Below, piece by piece: positions 44,601 through 60,395 of a stretch of DNA of 64,000 nucleotides. Origin of the DNA: Auanema rhodensis. Taxonomy: Eukaryota > Animalia > Nematoda. The DNA is taken from NCBI GenBank assembly GCA_964057225.1, contig OZ059895.1:5208001-5272000 (forward strand). Reading direction: 5' to 3'. Made by a program: the position numbers and the translations under genes. The notes under the pieces were generated by a model. That model worked only from the letters and a program-made list of their open reading frames with translations. It was not told the origin of the DNA and searched no databases. The number at the start of each line of letters is the position of its first letter. Position 1 is the stretch's first letter.

Positions 44601-46292
44601 CTCAATCAGAGTGTTACAGCTCCATGGCAAAGAGCTATTTCAAAAACTAATCAACTTCCTTACTATATTGAGTATGTGATTTTGCATATAATTTATATAT
44701 AAATATCTTATTTCAGCCATACCACAGAAAAAACTCAATGGGAACATCCTGTATGGGTTGAAATGGCCAAAGAATTAACACAATTTAACCGTGTCAAGTT
44801 CATAGCTTATCGTACTGCTATGAAGCTTCGTGCACTTCAGAAACGTTTGTGTCTTGATCTCGTAGATATTCATATGCTTGAGAGGGTATTTGGTACATAT
44901 CTTATTGATAATCATAATTGTATTTGAAGGTATTTTCTCGGCTAGGTGGATTATCTAACGAAGAAAGCCCAGCTTTAGAAGGCATGGTCTGTACTCTTTT
45001 GCCCTTATTTGAAGAAGTTCATTCCAAGGTATAATCTATTATTTTATTATTTTATTTATAATTATGCGTTTATAGCATCCTAATCAATTACGTAGTGTTT
45101 CTCTTGCCGTAGATCTTTGTATCAACTTTTTATTAAATCTATATGATCCGTAAGTCATTTTATGATTTTTTATTTTTTATTTTTACGTTCAGATCTCGAG
45201 ATGGTATTTTACGTGTCTTGTCGTTCAAAATTGCTCTAATTGTGTTCTGCAATGCTCCTTTAGAAGAAAAATATAGATGTATGTTTTTAATAACATGTCG
45301 AGTTAATAATATTTTTCTTCTTAGATATTTTTGATTTGGTGGCTCAAGAAGGTCAGGCAGACCAAAAGCACATTGCTCTACTATTGTACGATCTCATTCA
45401 CGTATGCATATTTGCGTTTCAACAACGAAAACAATTCATTCTTTTCAGATTCCACGTTTGGTCGGTGAGGCTGCTGCTTTCGGAGGTTCCAATGTAGAAC
45501 CTTCCGTTCGTTCATGCTTCGAGACTGTACGCTTGGCTACTTCGATCAACGTGTCCTGCTTCTTGGAATGGCTGAAGCAGGAACCTCAATCAATTGTCTG
45601 GCTTCCAGTAATGCATCGTTTAGCTGCTGCTGAGTTCGCGAAGCATTCGGTATTATCTCGTAGTATACATGAATATTATCGTTATATTCATTCAGGCCAA
45701 ATGTAATGTTTGTAAAATGTTTCCAATTGTTGGATTACGATATCGATGTTTACGATGCTTCAATCTCGATTTATGCCAAAATTGTTTCTTTAGCCAGAGA
45801 ATCGCAAAGAAGCATAAGCTGAAACATCCTATGCAAGAATATGCTATGCCGGTATTATAATTTGCATAATGTTTTATGTTTAAACTTGAATCAATTTAGA
45901 CAACTTCGAGTGAAGATGCTCGTGATTTTGCAAGAATGGTTAAGAATAAGTTTAGTCGTTCCAAGAGTACACTTGGCTATCTTCCCGTTGATGTATGATA
46001 TAACTGAGTTTTTATTGTGAGCAAAAGCATTTCAGATGGGAGATGAAGGACAACCGCTTTGTGCTGCACCTCATCCTGCCTATAACCCCTCAACGTACCA
46101 AATACATCAGCGAAGCGCTGCTTTAGCTCAGCGGTTAGCTGCACTAACATCTGCCCAACAAGCAGAACCACGAGAAGAAGTAGCCATTGCTGATTTAAAA
46201 AGTCCAGCTCAACTAATTAGCCAAGTATGTCTTCTCATTTTTATATAATATTTAACCACATGATTGAGTTTCTCTCGGTATGCAATGATTAC

Positions 46293-46327
<35 letters not shown>

Positions 46328-47490
46328 ACAAGAGAACAAGAGAACAAGAGAACAAGAGAAAGTTATGAACTAATTGTTAAACAGCTGTCATCAATCTGTC
46401 TATACATATGAGATAGTATGTATAGCATAATTGGGCGGGTTGCTGACGATGAACATGATTCTGATGGTTCGTAACAGTGAAACTAGAGAGACCTTGACTG
46501 TGTTTCCGATCGCAAAATCGATATTTCTCATCATTATCGCCATGCCTTCCATGTGTAATGTATTCAAGCTGTTACAAACCCGAAAAAAGATTGAGGTATT
46601 TGCTCTTTTGGAGAACTTATTCTCATTTTCTCACAAAGAAGAAGATATATATTAAAATATTGTAGAATAGAAATACAATTATTACTTCTAGTTAACAGTA
46701 TATCTTTGTTATAGGTAGAGCAAATGCAAAAAGATGAACTTGATCAACTGTTACATCGTTTACAATTAGAAAATGTGGAATTGAAAAGAGAGTTGGAGAG
46801 ACGTAGAACTTCAGCTGTCAGTACTCCTCAGATAGATAGGTAAACATATATAATATTAAGGAACTCAATACAATATATATTTAGATGTGGGTACTCAAGT
46901 CCTATCGATAGTCGTCGTAACGAGCATCGTGCTGGAACTTTACCGAGGTTAGGTGCTCAATCAAAACAAGGTAGAAGTGTTCCTTCTCTAAAAACCGCTC
47001 AAAGCCAGGGTGATGTGAGTTCAGATGTTCGATCCATATTCAAATAAAAACGTGTTTAGATTATGGATGAAGCTAGAGCTCTACGAATGCATAAGCAACG
47101 TTTGGAGCATCGCTCTCGCATTCTTGAACAGCAAAATGAACAGCTGGAGCTTCAACTACAGCGATTAAAGAAAGTAATCGATCAGGTTTGTAATGAATTT
47201 CAACATAAAATATAAATTTAAATTTTCAGCAGAAAGACGGTAGAGAAAGCGAAGTCAGGCGTACTTCAAGTATTGATCATGATTGGTCCAACCGACAAAT
47301 CCAACCTGAAGTTGACGCCACTCGTTGGGAGGTAAGCAACTTTAGCAAAACTTAACATCTACTTTCGGTTCAGGATGCCGAAATACGGAGTACTAGAATG
47401 CAATCGTTATTAGCAACAGTTGACGATTTAGGAAGAGCTATGGAAAATCTTGTTGTTTCTGTTGTTTACGACAGTGAGTCGGATGATTAG
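29620..47490 (+). CDS. dys-1: Dystrophin (many short introns)
   Basis: [23 protein letters not shown] start. CH domains ([15 protein letters not shown]; [17 protein letters not shown]; NAFAVAEK). Spectrin repeats. WW domain (PWQRAIS..LPYYI.H...TQWEHP), EF-hands ([28 protein letters not shown]), ZZ finger ([29 protein letters not shown]) and C-terminal coiled coils. Stop TAG at 47490. Confidence 0.95.
37260..37289 (+). other. Candidate 30-nt in-frame cassette microexon of dys-1 ([10 protein letters not shown])
   Basis: ttacag|CCG GCT TTC GAG GGG GGA AAT CTG GTA CAA|gtaagt. Both flanking junctions are phase 0 (TAT AAG|gt upstream; ag|GTT CTA downstream). Confidence 0.65.
37401..37411 (+). promoter_or_regulatory. 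RBFOX + SUP-12-type composite intronic splicing element (TGCATGGTGTG)
   Basis: Exact TGCATGGTGTG here. A second TGCATG lies at 37314-37319 and a further TGTGTG lies downstream, all in the intron after the microexon. Confidence 0.55.
46293..46360. repeat. Compound microsatellite (AT)n-(AG)n-(AGAACAAG)4 in a dys-1 intron
   Basis: Directly visible: atatat...agagag...aacaagagaacaagagaacaagagaacaagagaa. Confidence 0.9.
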
Positions 47491-47704
47491 TTTTTAATTG
47501 TTTATATTGTTATTATTGACAGTTTCAGTTTTCGATTAGTAATGTATTAATAATATCATCTTAAAGCATATAGTGATCTTAAAATTAAAAATATTGACTT
47601 GATTTCAGTCTCTTAATTATATTGTTTTAACTACTTAAATTATATTCAATCCTAAAGCAATAAAACGTTCTTAAATACAAGAAACATAGTTATAATAGTC
47701 ACTT

Positions 47705-47725
47705 TTTCTCTTGGCGTGCTCGCAG
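47705..47725 (-). pseudogene. 21-nt remnant of the H4 coding sequence at the array edge
   Basis: TTTCTCTTGGCGTGCTCGCAG is identical to 51177-51197 within H4 (codons CEHAKRK). Confidence 0.7.
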
Positions 47726-48331
47726 AGCAAAGCGTTTTCAATTTGGGAATTTTTCTTATTTATGACGTAAAATTAAAATAATATTACAAGTATCAGCTAT
47801 TTATTTCGAAAACTTCTCGCGAAAACTTCTCATAAAAAAAGTGGGGCTGGTCGAAATATGTGAATTGATTTTAGCGTTGATCACTCTTTCCATTACTGAG
47901 AGGTATCCAGCTAATTTGGGATGGAATGGCATTCCTTTATCGTCAGATCCCAAAGCCCTTTGTATGGTGGCTGGTCTACTAGATTAAGTAGTTTCAGGTC
48001 AATTTCGTACAATCCTTTCATCGCTGATTCAGATACTTGAAAGCCAGTATAAGACGAAGTATTCTCAAGACTGAGTAACTTCTTATCCACAATTGGGACG
48101 TCTGCGTATATGCTGCCCAAATAAGGCTTTTAAAATTGTCCAGTTGGGCTTTGCTGAGGCTAAAAGTCGTGCGAGATTTAGATAGGTGAAGGAATAACCT
48201 TCCAGACCCGAAAATCAACAACACATCCCATACATTGTGACATCTACGTTAGTGTAAATAGCATAAAAGCTTGCAATAATTCATACAAAACTAATTTATT
48301 TTATCACAAATAATCATATCAAAATTAAATT

Positions 48332-48359
48332 TGTGGCCCTAAAGAGGGCCGTTGGGTTA
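48332..48359 (-). promoter_or_regulatory. Histone 3' stem-loop element after H3 (repeated in every unit)
   Basis: TAACCCAAC-GGCCCT-CTTT-AGGGCC-ACA on the minus strand: 6-bp stem, 4-nt loop. Confidence 0.95.
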
Positions 48360-48376
48360 TGTAACGTTGCAAACGC

Positions 48377-48901
<525 letters not shown>

Positions 48902-49327
48902 TTATATTCAAAAAAAAGATGCCTTAACATATTGTATTTAATGTAAACAACTTAAATTCAAATTTAAAAACATAACCTTACTCTTCTTCTCAACAGTAAT
49001 CTTTTTTTTTTTTTGGATTTCTAACAAAAAACATGAATCAAAGGTAAATGCTATGAAAATTCAAAGATTAGAAGAAAAACAATTCTCCTTAATCTTTAAA
49101 GTTTCAGATAATTAGTTAACTATGAATAGCATCAAAAAACTAAGCTTATCACCCTCTCCTTATAAGTAGACAATTAAAAAATTCAACCGCTTATCATCAG
49201 TCCACATTTAAAATGATGGAGCACACACACTTTGAAACTGAGGTATTTTTGAAATTATTATTGAAACATCCAACATATTTTTATTTGAATTACACAATTA
49301 TTAACTCATACAGAATAAAAAGAGTAA

Positions 49328-49355
49328 TGTGGCCCTAAAGAGGGCCGTTGGGTTA
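49328..49355 (-). promoter_or_regulatory. Histone 3' stem-loop element after H2A (repeated in every unit)
   Basis: Same 28-nt sequence. Confidence 0.95.
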
Positions 49356-49374
49356 GATGATAGCAGCACATCAC

Positions 49375-49758
49375 TTATTCCTTTTCTCCGGCAGTCTTCT
49401 TGGGGAGAAGGCTGGCTTGGATGTTTGGAAGAACTCCTCCTTGAGCGATGGTTACACCGGAAAGAAGTTTGTTCAACTCTTCGTCATTTCTGACGGCAAG
49501 TTGAAGATGGCGAGGGTTGATTCTGCTCTTCTTGTTATCACGGGCAGCGTTACCAGCCAACTCAAGAACTTCAGCGGCAAGATATTCAAGAACGGCAGCA
49601 AGGTAGACTGGAGCTCCGGCACCAACACGCTTAGCGTAGTTACCTTTGCGAAGCATACGATGAAGACGTCCAACAGGGAATTGAAGTCCTGCTCTTGAAG
49701 AACGGGACTTGGCCTTTCCGCCGGTCTTAGCTTTTCCTCCTTTTCCACGTCCAGACAT
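49375..49758 (-). CDS. H2A: Histone H2A (copy 1)
   Basis: [31 protein letters not shown]...; real ATG at 49758. Confidence 0.98.
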   Translation of the reverse strand: MSGRGKGGKAKTGGKAKSRSSRAGLQFPVGRLHRMLRKGNYAKRVGAGAPVYLAAVLEYLAAEVLELAGNAARDNKKSRINPRHLQLAVRNDEELNKLLSGVTIAQGGVLPNIQASLLPKKTAGEKE

Positions 49759-50227
49759 GATGATAGCTAGTGGTGAGTTGTGAGACTCGTTAACCCCAAA
49801 CAAATTGCGCACGCACTATATACAGTATAGCAAGCAAGCTCCGCCCACCATCTTCCTTTGTTGCAGGACTAAATTTTAAAAAATGAAAACTTATGTACAA
49901 TTAAAAATGAAACAACATCATATCTAATATAGTTAGTTATAATATAAAATTGCAATTATGCATAATGAGAACAAAACCGATTTATCTGAAATTAGCATGA
50001 AGCTCAAGACGTCAATATCATGTTGTGCTTTACATTCAGATACAGCTTGACATCCAAACAACTTATTTTCAACACTAAAACCCTATTACATTGGATAGTT
50101 AAATAATGTACCTGAATCAATATGAGCAATTCTGATAGTGCATGATGACAAAATGCGCTTCAGTACATTTAAAAAAATGTTTATTAACGTAACAACATTC
50201 AGAAAACAAAACAGCAAATTAAGGATA

Positions 50228-50255
50228 TGTGGCCCTAAAGAGGGCCGTTGGGTTA
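50228..50255 (-). promoter_or_regulatory. Histone 3' stem-loop element after H2B (repeated in every unit)
   Basis: Same 28-nt sequence. Confidence 0.95.
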
Positions 50256-50278
50256 GGTTGCAGTACAACTCTAACAAT

Positions 50279-50650
50279 TTACTTGCTAGAGGTGTACTTG
50301 GTGACAGCCTTGGTTCCTTCAGAGACGGCGTGCTTGGCAAGTTCTCCAGGGAGGATAAGTCTGACGGCAGTCTGGACTTCGCGAGATGAGATGGTGGATC
50401 TCTTGTTGTAGTGGGCCAGACGGGAAGCCTCAGCAGCAATGCGCTCAAAAACGTCATTAACAAATGAGTTCATGATGCTCATGGCCTTGGAGGAAATTCC
50501 AGTGTCAGGGTGGACCTGCTTAAGTACACGGTAGACGTAGACAGAGTAAGATTCCTTTCTGGACTTTCTCTTCTTCTTGTCTCCGGTACGGCTGACCTTC
50601 TGGGTCTTGGCGGCTTTCTTAGCTCCCTTGGCGGATGGCTTGGGTGGCAT
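50279..50650 (-). CDS. H2B: Histone H2B (copy 1)
   Basis: [15 protein letters not shown]...[10 protein letters not shown]. Confidence 0.98.
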   Translation of the reverse strand: MPPKPSAKGAKKAAKTQKVSRTGDKKKRKSRKESYSVYVYRVLKQVHPDTGISSKAMSIMNSFVNDVFERIAAEASRLAHYNKRSTISSREVQTAVRLILPGELAKHAVSEGTKAVTKYTSSK

Positions 50651-51051
50651 GGTTATTGCTACGCTGACGAATCAACTGTTAATGTACAACTCGATTTGCT
50701 GACCTATATGTTAGTTAGCGCGCAAACCACGCCCCCATGCTCAGAACTCTGGTTAGAAGCTGTACTGTAAGAAGTTTAAATAATGTTCAGCTAGTAAAAC
50801 ATCTGAATATATTACACATATCCTATATAATATATAATAATATATAACCATATTCAAACTATTTAATATTACAAAACAATTTATATCAAAAGTCAACAAA
50901 TTATTTTACCATGATAATTAGCATTGAGCGGTTGTATTCCATATAGTTCTATTTAATTTTTTCCAAACAAAACAAAAAAAATTAATACAGAAAAGTTATT
51001 TATTATTATTTACATATTGATTATATCTTATAGCAATAATATTAATTTGTA

Positions 51052-51079
51052 TGTGGCCCTAAAGAGGGCCGTTGGGTTA
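51052..51079 (-). promoter_or_regulatory. Histone 3' stem-loop element after H4 (repeated in every unit)
   Basis: Same 28-nt sequence. Confidence 0.95.
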
Positions 51080-51103
51080 GGTAATAGTCACAAGATATGC
51101 AAC

Positions 51104-51463
<360 letters not shown>

Positions 51464-51922
51464 TCATTATATACTAGGACAGAGGAGGTCACCCTGCGAC
51501 AACCCATATGAGCATTATCATCAAAAAATGCTACCAACCAGTTTTCAATATACATAGTTAAGATTATTCAAATATACACACAGGATATAGATAAATATAT
51601 TTAATTCAGCTTGAAATCATTTGAATTTTTTAAAAAATTAAAAACTTTAAAATTTACTCATATAAGGCTGTTTCACATGAAAGTTATTTAGATAAACTTA
51701 TTTGAATGCCGTGACATTATCATGAATTTCATTTTAAAGCCTTCAACTACTCTCTCAAAATAAACAACACATCCCATACATTGTGACATCTACGTTAGTG
51801 TAAATAGCATAAAAGCTTGCAATAATTCATACAAAACTAATTTATTTTATCACAAATAATCATATCAAAATTAAATTTGTGGCCCTAAAGAGGGCCGTTG
51901 GGTTATGTAACGTTGCAAACGC

Positions 51923-52447
<525 letters not shown>

Positions 52448-52920
52448 TTATATTCAAAAAAAAGATGCCTTAACATATTGTATTTAATGTAAACAACTTA
52501 AATTCAAATTTAAAAACATAACCTTACTCTTCTTCTCAACAGTAATCTTTTTTTTTTTTTGGATTTCTAACAAAAAACATGAATCAAAGGTAAATGCTAT
52601 GAAAATTCAAAGATTAGAAGAAAAACAATTCTCCTTAATCTTTAAAGTTTCAGATAATTAGTTAACTATGAATAGCATCAAAAAACTAAGCTTATCACCC
52701 TCTCCTTATAAGTAGACAATTAAAAAATTCAACCGCTTATCATCAGTCCACATTTAAAATGATGGAGCACACACACTTTGAAACTGAGGTATTTTTGAAA
52801 TTATTATTGAAACATCCAACATATTTTTATTTGAATTACACAATTATTAACTCATACAGAATAAAAAGAGTAATGTGGCCCTAAAGAGGGCCGTTGGGTT
52901 AGATGATAGCAGCACATCAC

Positions 52921-53304
52921 TTATTCCTTTTCTCCGGCAGTCTTCTTGGGGAGAAGGCTGGCTTGGATGTTTGGAAGAACTCCTCCTTGAGCGATGGTTA
53001 CACCGGAAAGAAGTTTGTTCAACTCTTCGTCATTTCTGACGGCAAGTTGAAGATGGCGAGGGTTGATTCTGCTCTTCTTGTTATCACGGGCAGCGTTACC
53101 AGCCAACTCAAGAACTTCAGCGGCAAGATATTCAAGAACGGCAGCAAGGTAGACTGGAGCTCCGGCACCAACACGCTTAGCGTAGTTACCTTTGCGAAGC
53201 ATACGATGAAGACGTCCAACAGGGAATTGAAGTCCTGCTCTTGAAGAACGGGACTTGGCCTTTCCGCCGGTCTTAGCTTTTCCTCCTTTTCCACGTCCAG
53301 ACAT
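52921..53304 (-). CDS. H2A: Histone H2A (copy 2)
   Basis: Protein identical to copy 1. Confidence 0.98.
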   Translation of the reverse strand: MSGRGKGGKAKTGGKAKSRSSRAGLQFPVGRLHRMLRKGNYAKRVGAGAPVYLAAVLEYLAAEVLELAGNAARDNKKSRINPRHLQLAVRNDEELNKLLSGVTIAQGGVLPNIQASLLPKKTAGEKE

Positions 53305-53824
53305 GATGATAGCTAGTGGTGAGTTGTGAGACTCGTTAACCCCAAACAAATTGCGCACGCACTATATACAGTATAGCAAGCAAGCTCCGCCCACCACCTT
53401 CCTTTGTTGCAGGACTAAATTTTAAAAAATGAAAACTTATGTACAATTAAAAATGAAACAACATCATATCTAATATAGTTAGTTATAATATAAAATTGCA
53501 ATTATGCATAATGAGAACAAAACCGATTTATCTGAAATTAGCATGAAGCTCAAGACGTCAATATCATGTTGTGCTTTACATTCAGATACAGCTTGACATC
53601 CAAACAACTTATTTTCAACACTAAAACCCTATTACATTGGATAGTTAAATAATGTACCTGAATCAATATGAGCAATTCTGATAGTGCATGATGACAAAAT
53701 GCGCTTCAGTACATTAAAAAAAATGTTTATTAACGTAACAACATTCAGAAAACAAAACAGCAAATTAAGGATATGTGGCCCTAAAGAGGGCCGTTGGGTT
53801 AGGTTGCAGTACAACTCTAACAAT

Positions 53825-54196
53825 TTACTTGCTAGAGGTGTACTTGGTGACAGCCTTGGTTCCTTCAGAGACGGCGTGCTTGGCAAGTTCTCCAGGGAGG
53901 ATAAGTCTGACGGCAGTCTGGACTTCGCGAGATGAGATGGTGGATCTCTTGTTGTAGTGGGCCAGACGGGAAGCCTCAGCAGCAATGCGCTCAAAAACGT
54001 CATTAACAAATGAGTTCATGATGCTCATGGCCTTGGAGGAAATTCCAGTGTCAGGGTGGACCTGCTTAAGTACACGGTAGACGTAGACAGAGTAAGATTC
54101 CTTTCTGGACTTTCTCTTCTTCTTGTCTCCGGTACGGCTGACCTTCTGGGTCTTGGCGGCTTTCTTAGCTCCCTTGGCGGATGGCTTGGGTGGCAT
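53825..54196 (-). CDS. H2B: Histone H2B (copy 2)
   Basis: Protein identical to copy 1. Confidence 0.98.
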   Translation of the reverse strand: MPPKPSAKGAKKAAKTQKVSRTGDKKKRKSRKESYSVYVYRVLKQVHPDTGISSKAMSIMNSFVNDVFERIAAEASRLAHYNKRSTISSREVQTAVRLILPGELAKHAVSEGTKAVTKYTSSK

Positions 54197-54649
54197 GGTT
54201 ATTGCTACGCTGACGAATCAACTGTTAATGTACAACTCGATTTGCTGACCTATATGTTAGTTAGCGCGCAAACCACGCCCCCATGCTCAGAACTCTGGTT
54301 AGAAGCTGTACTGTAAGAAGTTTAAATAATGTTCAGCTAGTAAAACATCTGAATATATTACACATATCCTATATAATATATAATAATATATAACCATATT
54401 CAAACTATTTAATATTACAAAACAATTTATATCAAAAGTCAACAAATTATTTTACCATGATAATTAGCATTGAGCGGTTGTATTCCATATAGTTCTATTT
54501 AATTTTTTCCAAACAAAACAAAAAAAATTAATACAGAAAAGTTATTTATTATTATTTACATATTGATTATATCTTATAGCAATAATATTAATTTGTATGT
54601 GGCCCTAAAGAGGGCCGTTGGGTTAGGTAATAGTCACAAGATATGCAAC

Positions 54650-54960
<311 letters not shown>

Positions 54961-55467
54961 GCTGATGAGTTGTTCACACTGTGTGCTTGATGAAGTGAAG
55001 AAAGTTCTTCATTATATACTAGGACAGAGGAGGTCACCCTGCGACAACCCATATGAGCATTATCATCAAAAAATGCTACCAACCAGTTTTCAATATACAT
55101 AGTTAAGATTATTCAAATATACACACAGGATATAGATAAATATATTTAATTCAGCTTGAAATCATTTGAATTTTTTAAAAAATTAAAAACTTTAAAATTT
55201 ACTCATATAAGGCTGTTTCACATGAAAGTTATTTAGATAAACTTATTTGAATGCCGTGACATTATCATGAATTTCATTTTAAAGCCTTCAACTACTCTCT
55301 CAAAATCAACAACACATCCCATACATTGTGACATCTACGTTAGTGTAAATAGCATAAAAGCTTGCAATAATTCATACAAAACTAATTTATTTTATCACAA
55401 ATAATCATATCAAAATTAAATTTGTGGCCCTAAAGAGGGCCGTTGGGTTATGTAACGTTGCAAACGC

Positions 55468-55992
<525 letters not shown>

Positions 55993-56465
55993 TTATATTC
56001 AAAAAAAAGATGCCTTAACATATTGTATTTAATGTAAACAACTTAAATTCAAATTTAAAAACATAACCTTACTCTTCTTCTCAACAGTAATCTTTTTTTT
56101 TTTTTGGATTTCTAACAAAAAACATGAATCAAAGGTAAATGCTATGAAAATTCAAAGATTAGAAGAAAAACAATTCTCCTTAATCTTTAAAGTTTCAGAT
56201 AATTAGTTAACTATGAATAGCATCAAAAAACTAAGCTTATCACCCTCTCCTTATAAGTAGACAATTAAAAAATTCAACCGCTTATCATCAGTCCACATTT
56301 AAAATGATGGAGCACACACACTTTGAAACTGAGGTATTTTTGAAATTATTATTGAAACATCCAACATATTTTTATTTGAATTACACAATTATTAACTCAT
56401 ACAGAATAAAAAGAGTAATGTGGCCCTAAAGAGGGCCGTTGGGTTAGATGATAGCAGCACATCAC

Positions 56466-56849
56466 TTATTCCTTTTCTCCGGCAGTCTTCTTGGGGAGAA
56501 GGCTGGCTTGGATGTTTGGAAGAACTCCTCCTTGAGCGATGGTTACACCGGAAAGAAGTTTGTTCAACTCTTCGTCATTTCTGACGGCAAGTTGAAGATG
56601 GCGAGGGTTGATTCTGCTCTTCTTGTTATCACGGGCAGCGTTACCAGCCAACTCAAGAACTTCAGCGGCAAGATATTCAAGAACGGCAGCAAGGTAGACT
56701 GGAGCTCCGGCACCAACACGCTTAGCGTAGTTACCTTTGCGAAGCATACGATGAAGACGTCCAACAGGGAATTGAAGTCCTGCTCTTGAAGAACGGGACT
56801 TGGCCTTTCCGCCGGTCTTAGCTTTTCCTCCTTTTCCACGTCCAGACAT
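56466..56849 (-). CDS. H2A: Histone H2A (copy 3)
   Basis: Protein identical to copy 1. Confidence 0.98.
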   Translation of the reverse strand: MSGRGKGGKAKTGGKAKSRSSRAGLQFPVGRLHRMLRKGNYAKRVGAGAPVYLAAVLEYLAAEVLELAGNAARDNKKSRINPRHLQLAVRNDEELNKLLSGVTIAQGGVLPNIQASLLPKKTAGEKE

Positions 56850-57369
56850 GATGATAGCTAGTGGTGAGTTGTGAGACTCGTTAACCCCAAACAAATTGCG
56901 CACGCACTATATACAGTATAGCAAGCAAGCTCCGCCCACCACCTTCCTTTGTTGCAGGACTAAATTTTAAAAAATGAAAACTTATGTACAATTAAAAATG
57001 AAACAACATCATATCTAATATAGTTAGTTATAATATAAAATTGCAATTATGCATAATGAGAACAAAACCGATTTATCTGAAATTAGCATGAAGCTCAAGA
57101 CGTCAATATCATGTTGTGCTTTACATTCAGATACAGCTTGACATCCAAACAACTTATTTTCAACACTAAAACCCTATTACATTGGATAGTTAAATAATGT
57201 ACCTGAATCAATATGAGCAATTCTGATAGTGCATGATGACAAAATGCGCTTCAGTACATTAAAAAAAATGTTTATTAACGTAACAACATTCAGAAAACAA
57301 AACAGCAAATTAAGGATATGTGGCCCTAAAGAGGGCCGTTGGGTTAGGTTGCAGTACAACTCTAACAAT

Positions 57370-57741
57370 TTACTTGCTAGAGGTGTACTTGGTGACAGCC
57401 TTGGTTCCTTCAGAGACGGCGTGCTTGGCAAGTTCTCCAGGGAGGATAAGTCTGACGGCAGTCTGGACTTCGCGAGATGAGATGGTGGATCTCTTGTTGT
57501 AGTGGGCCAGACGGGAAGCCTCAGCAGCAATGCGCTCAAAAACGTCATTAACAAATGAGTTCATGATGCTCATGGCCTTGGAGGAAATTCCAGTGTCAGG
57601 GTGGACCTGCTTAAGTACACGGTAGACGTAGACAGAGTAAGATTCCTTTCTGGACTTTCTCTTCTTCTTGTCTCCGGTACGGCTGACCTTCTGGGTCTTG
57701 GCGGCTTTCTTAGCTCCCTTGGCGGATGGCTTGGGTGGCAT
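57370..57741 (-). CDS. H2B: Histone H2B (copy 3)
   Basis: Protein identical to copy 1. Confidence 0.98.
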   Translation of the reverse strand: MPPKPSAKGAKKAAKTQKVSRTGDKKKRKSRKESYSVYVYRVLKQVHPDTGISSKAMSIMNSFVNDVFERIAAEASRLAHYNKRSTISSREVQTAVRLILPGELAKHAVSEGTKAVTKYTSSK

Positions 57742-58194
57742 GGTTATTGCTACGCTGACGAATCAACTGTTAATGTACAACTCGATTTGCTGACCTATAT
57801 GTTAGTTAGCGCGCAAACCACGCCCCCATGCTCAGAACTCTGGTTAGAAGCTGTACTGTAAGAAGTTTAAATAATGTTCAGCTAGTAAAACATCTGAATA
57901 TATTACACATATCCTATATAATATATAATAATATATAACCATATTCAAACTATTTAATATTACAAAACAATTTATATCAAAAGTCAACAAATTATTTTAC
58001 CATGATAATTAGCATTGAGCGGTTGTATTCCATATAGTTCTATTTAATTTTTTCCAAACAAAACAAAAAAAATTAATACAGAAAAGTTATTTATTATTAT
58101 TTACATATTGATTATATCTTATAGCAATAATATTAATTTGTATGTGGCCCTAAAGAGGGCCGTTGGGTTAGGTAATAGTCACAAGATATGCAAC

Positions 58195-58554
<360 letters not shown>

Positions 58555-59013
58555 TCATTATATACTAGGACAGAGGAGGTCACCCTGCAACAACCCATAT
58601 GAGCATTATCATCAAAAAATGCTACCAACCAGTTTTCAATATACATAGTTAAGATTATTCAAATATACACACAGGATATAGATAAATATATTTAATTCAG
58701 CTTGAAATCATTTGAATTTTTTAAAAAATTAAAAACTTTAAAATTTACTCATATAAGGCTGTTTCACATGAAAGTTATTTAGATAAACTTATTTGAATGC
58801 CGTGACATTATCATGAATTTCATTTTAAAGCCTTCAACTACTCTCTCAAAATCAACAACACATCCCATACATTGTGACATCTACGTTAGTGTAAATAGCA
58901 TAAAAGCTTGCAATAATTCATACAAAACTAATTTATTTTATCACAAATAATCATATCAAAATTAAATTTGTGGCCCTAAAGAGGGCCGTTGGGTTATGTA
59001 ACGTTGCAAACGC

Positions 59014-59538
<525 letters not shown>

Positions 59539-60011
59539 TTATATTCAAAAAAAAGATGCCTTAACATATTGTATTTAATGTAAACAACTTAAATTCAAAT
59601 TTAAAAACATAACCTTACTCTTCTTCTCAACAGTAATCTTTTTTTTTTTTTGGATTTCTAACAAAAAACATGAATCAAAGGTAAATGCTATGAAAATTCA
59701 AAGATTAGAAGAAAAACAATTCTCCTTAATCTTTAAAGTTTCAGATAATTAGTTAACTATGAATAGCATCAAAAAACTAAGCTTATCACCCTCTCCTTAT
59801 AAGTAGACAATTAAAAAATTCAACCGCTTATCATCAGTCCACATTTAAAATGATGGAGCACACACACTTTGAAACTGAGGTATTTTTGAAATTATTATTG
59901 AAACATCCAACATATTTTTATTTGAATTACACAATTATTAACTCATACAGAATAAAAAGAGTAATGTGGCCCTAAAGAGGGCCGTTGGGTTAGATGATAG
60001 CAGCACATCAC

Positions 60012-60395
60012 TTATTCCTTTTCTCCGGCAGTCTTCTTGGGGAGAAGGCTGGCTTGGATGTTTGGAAGAACTCCTCCTTGAGCGATGGTTACACCGGAAA
60101 GAAGTTTGTTCAACTCTTCGTCATTTCTGACGGCAAGTTGAAGATGGCGAGGGTTGATTCTGCTCTTCTTGTTATCACGGGCAGCGTTACCAGCCAACTC
60201 AAGAACTTCAGCGGCAAGATATTCAAGAACGGCAGCAAGGTAGACTGGAGCTCCGGCACCAACACGCTTAGCGTAGTTACCTTTGCGAAGCATACGATGA
60301 AGACGTCCAACAGGGAATTGAAGTCCTGCTCTTGAAGAACGGGACTTGGCCTTTCCGCCGGTCTTAGCTTTTCCTCCTTTTCCACGTCCAGACAT
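60012..60395 (-). CDS. H2A: Histone H2A (copy 4)
   Basis: Protein identical to copy 1. Confidence 0.98.
   Translation of the reverse strand: MSGRGKGGKAKTGGKAKSRSSRAGLQFPVGRLHRMLRKGNYAKRVGAGAPVYLAAVLEYLAAEVLELAGNAARDNKKSRINPRHLQLAVRNDEELNKLLSGVTIAQGGVLPNIQASLLPKKTAGEKE

Noticed and set aside
47831-47840. CAT(A)7 resembling a rhabdovirus gene-end signal
   Set aside because: It is on the opposite strand to the coding-like reading, lacks the TG(A)7 consensus and has no following ORF.
47490-48330. Programmed DNA elimination break motif or telomere seed at the array boundary
   Set aside because: I saw no TTAGGC repeats and no palindrome I could confidently match to a known elimination motif; read-level data are needed.
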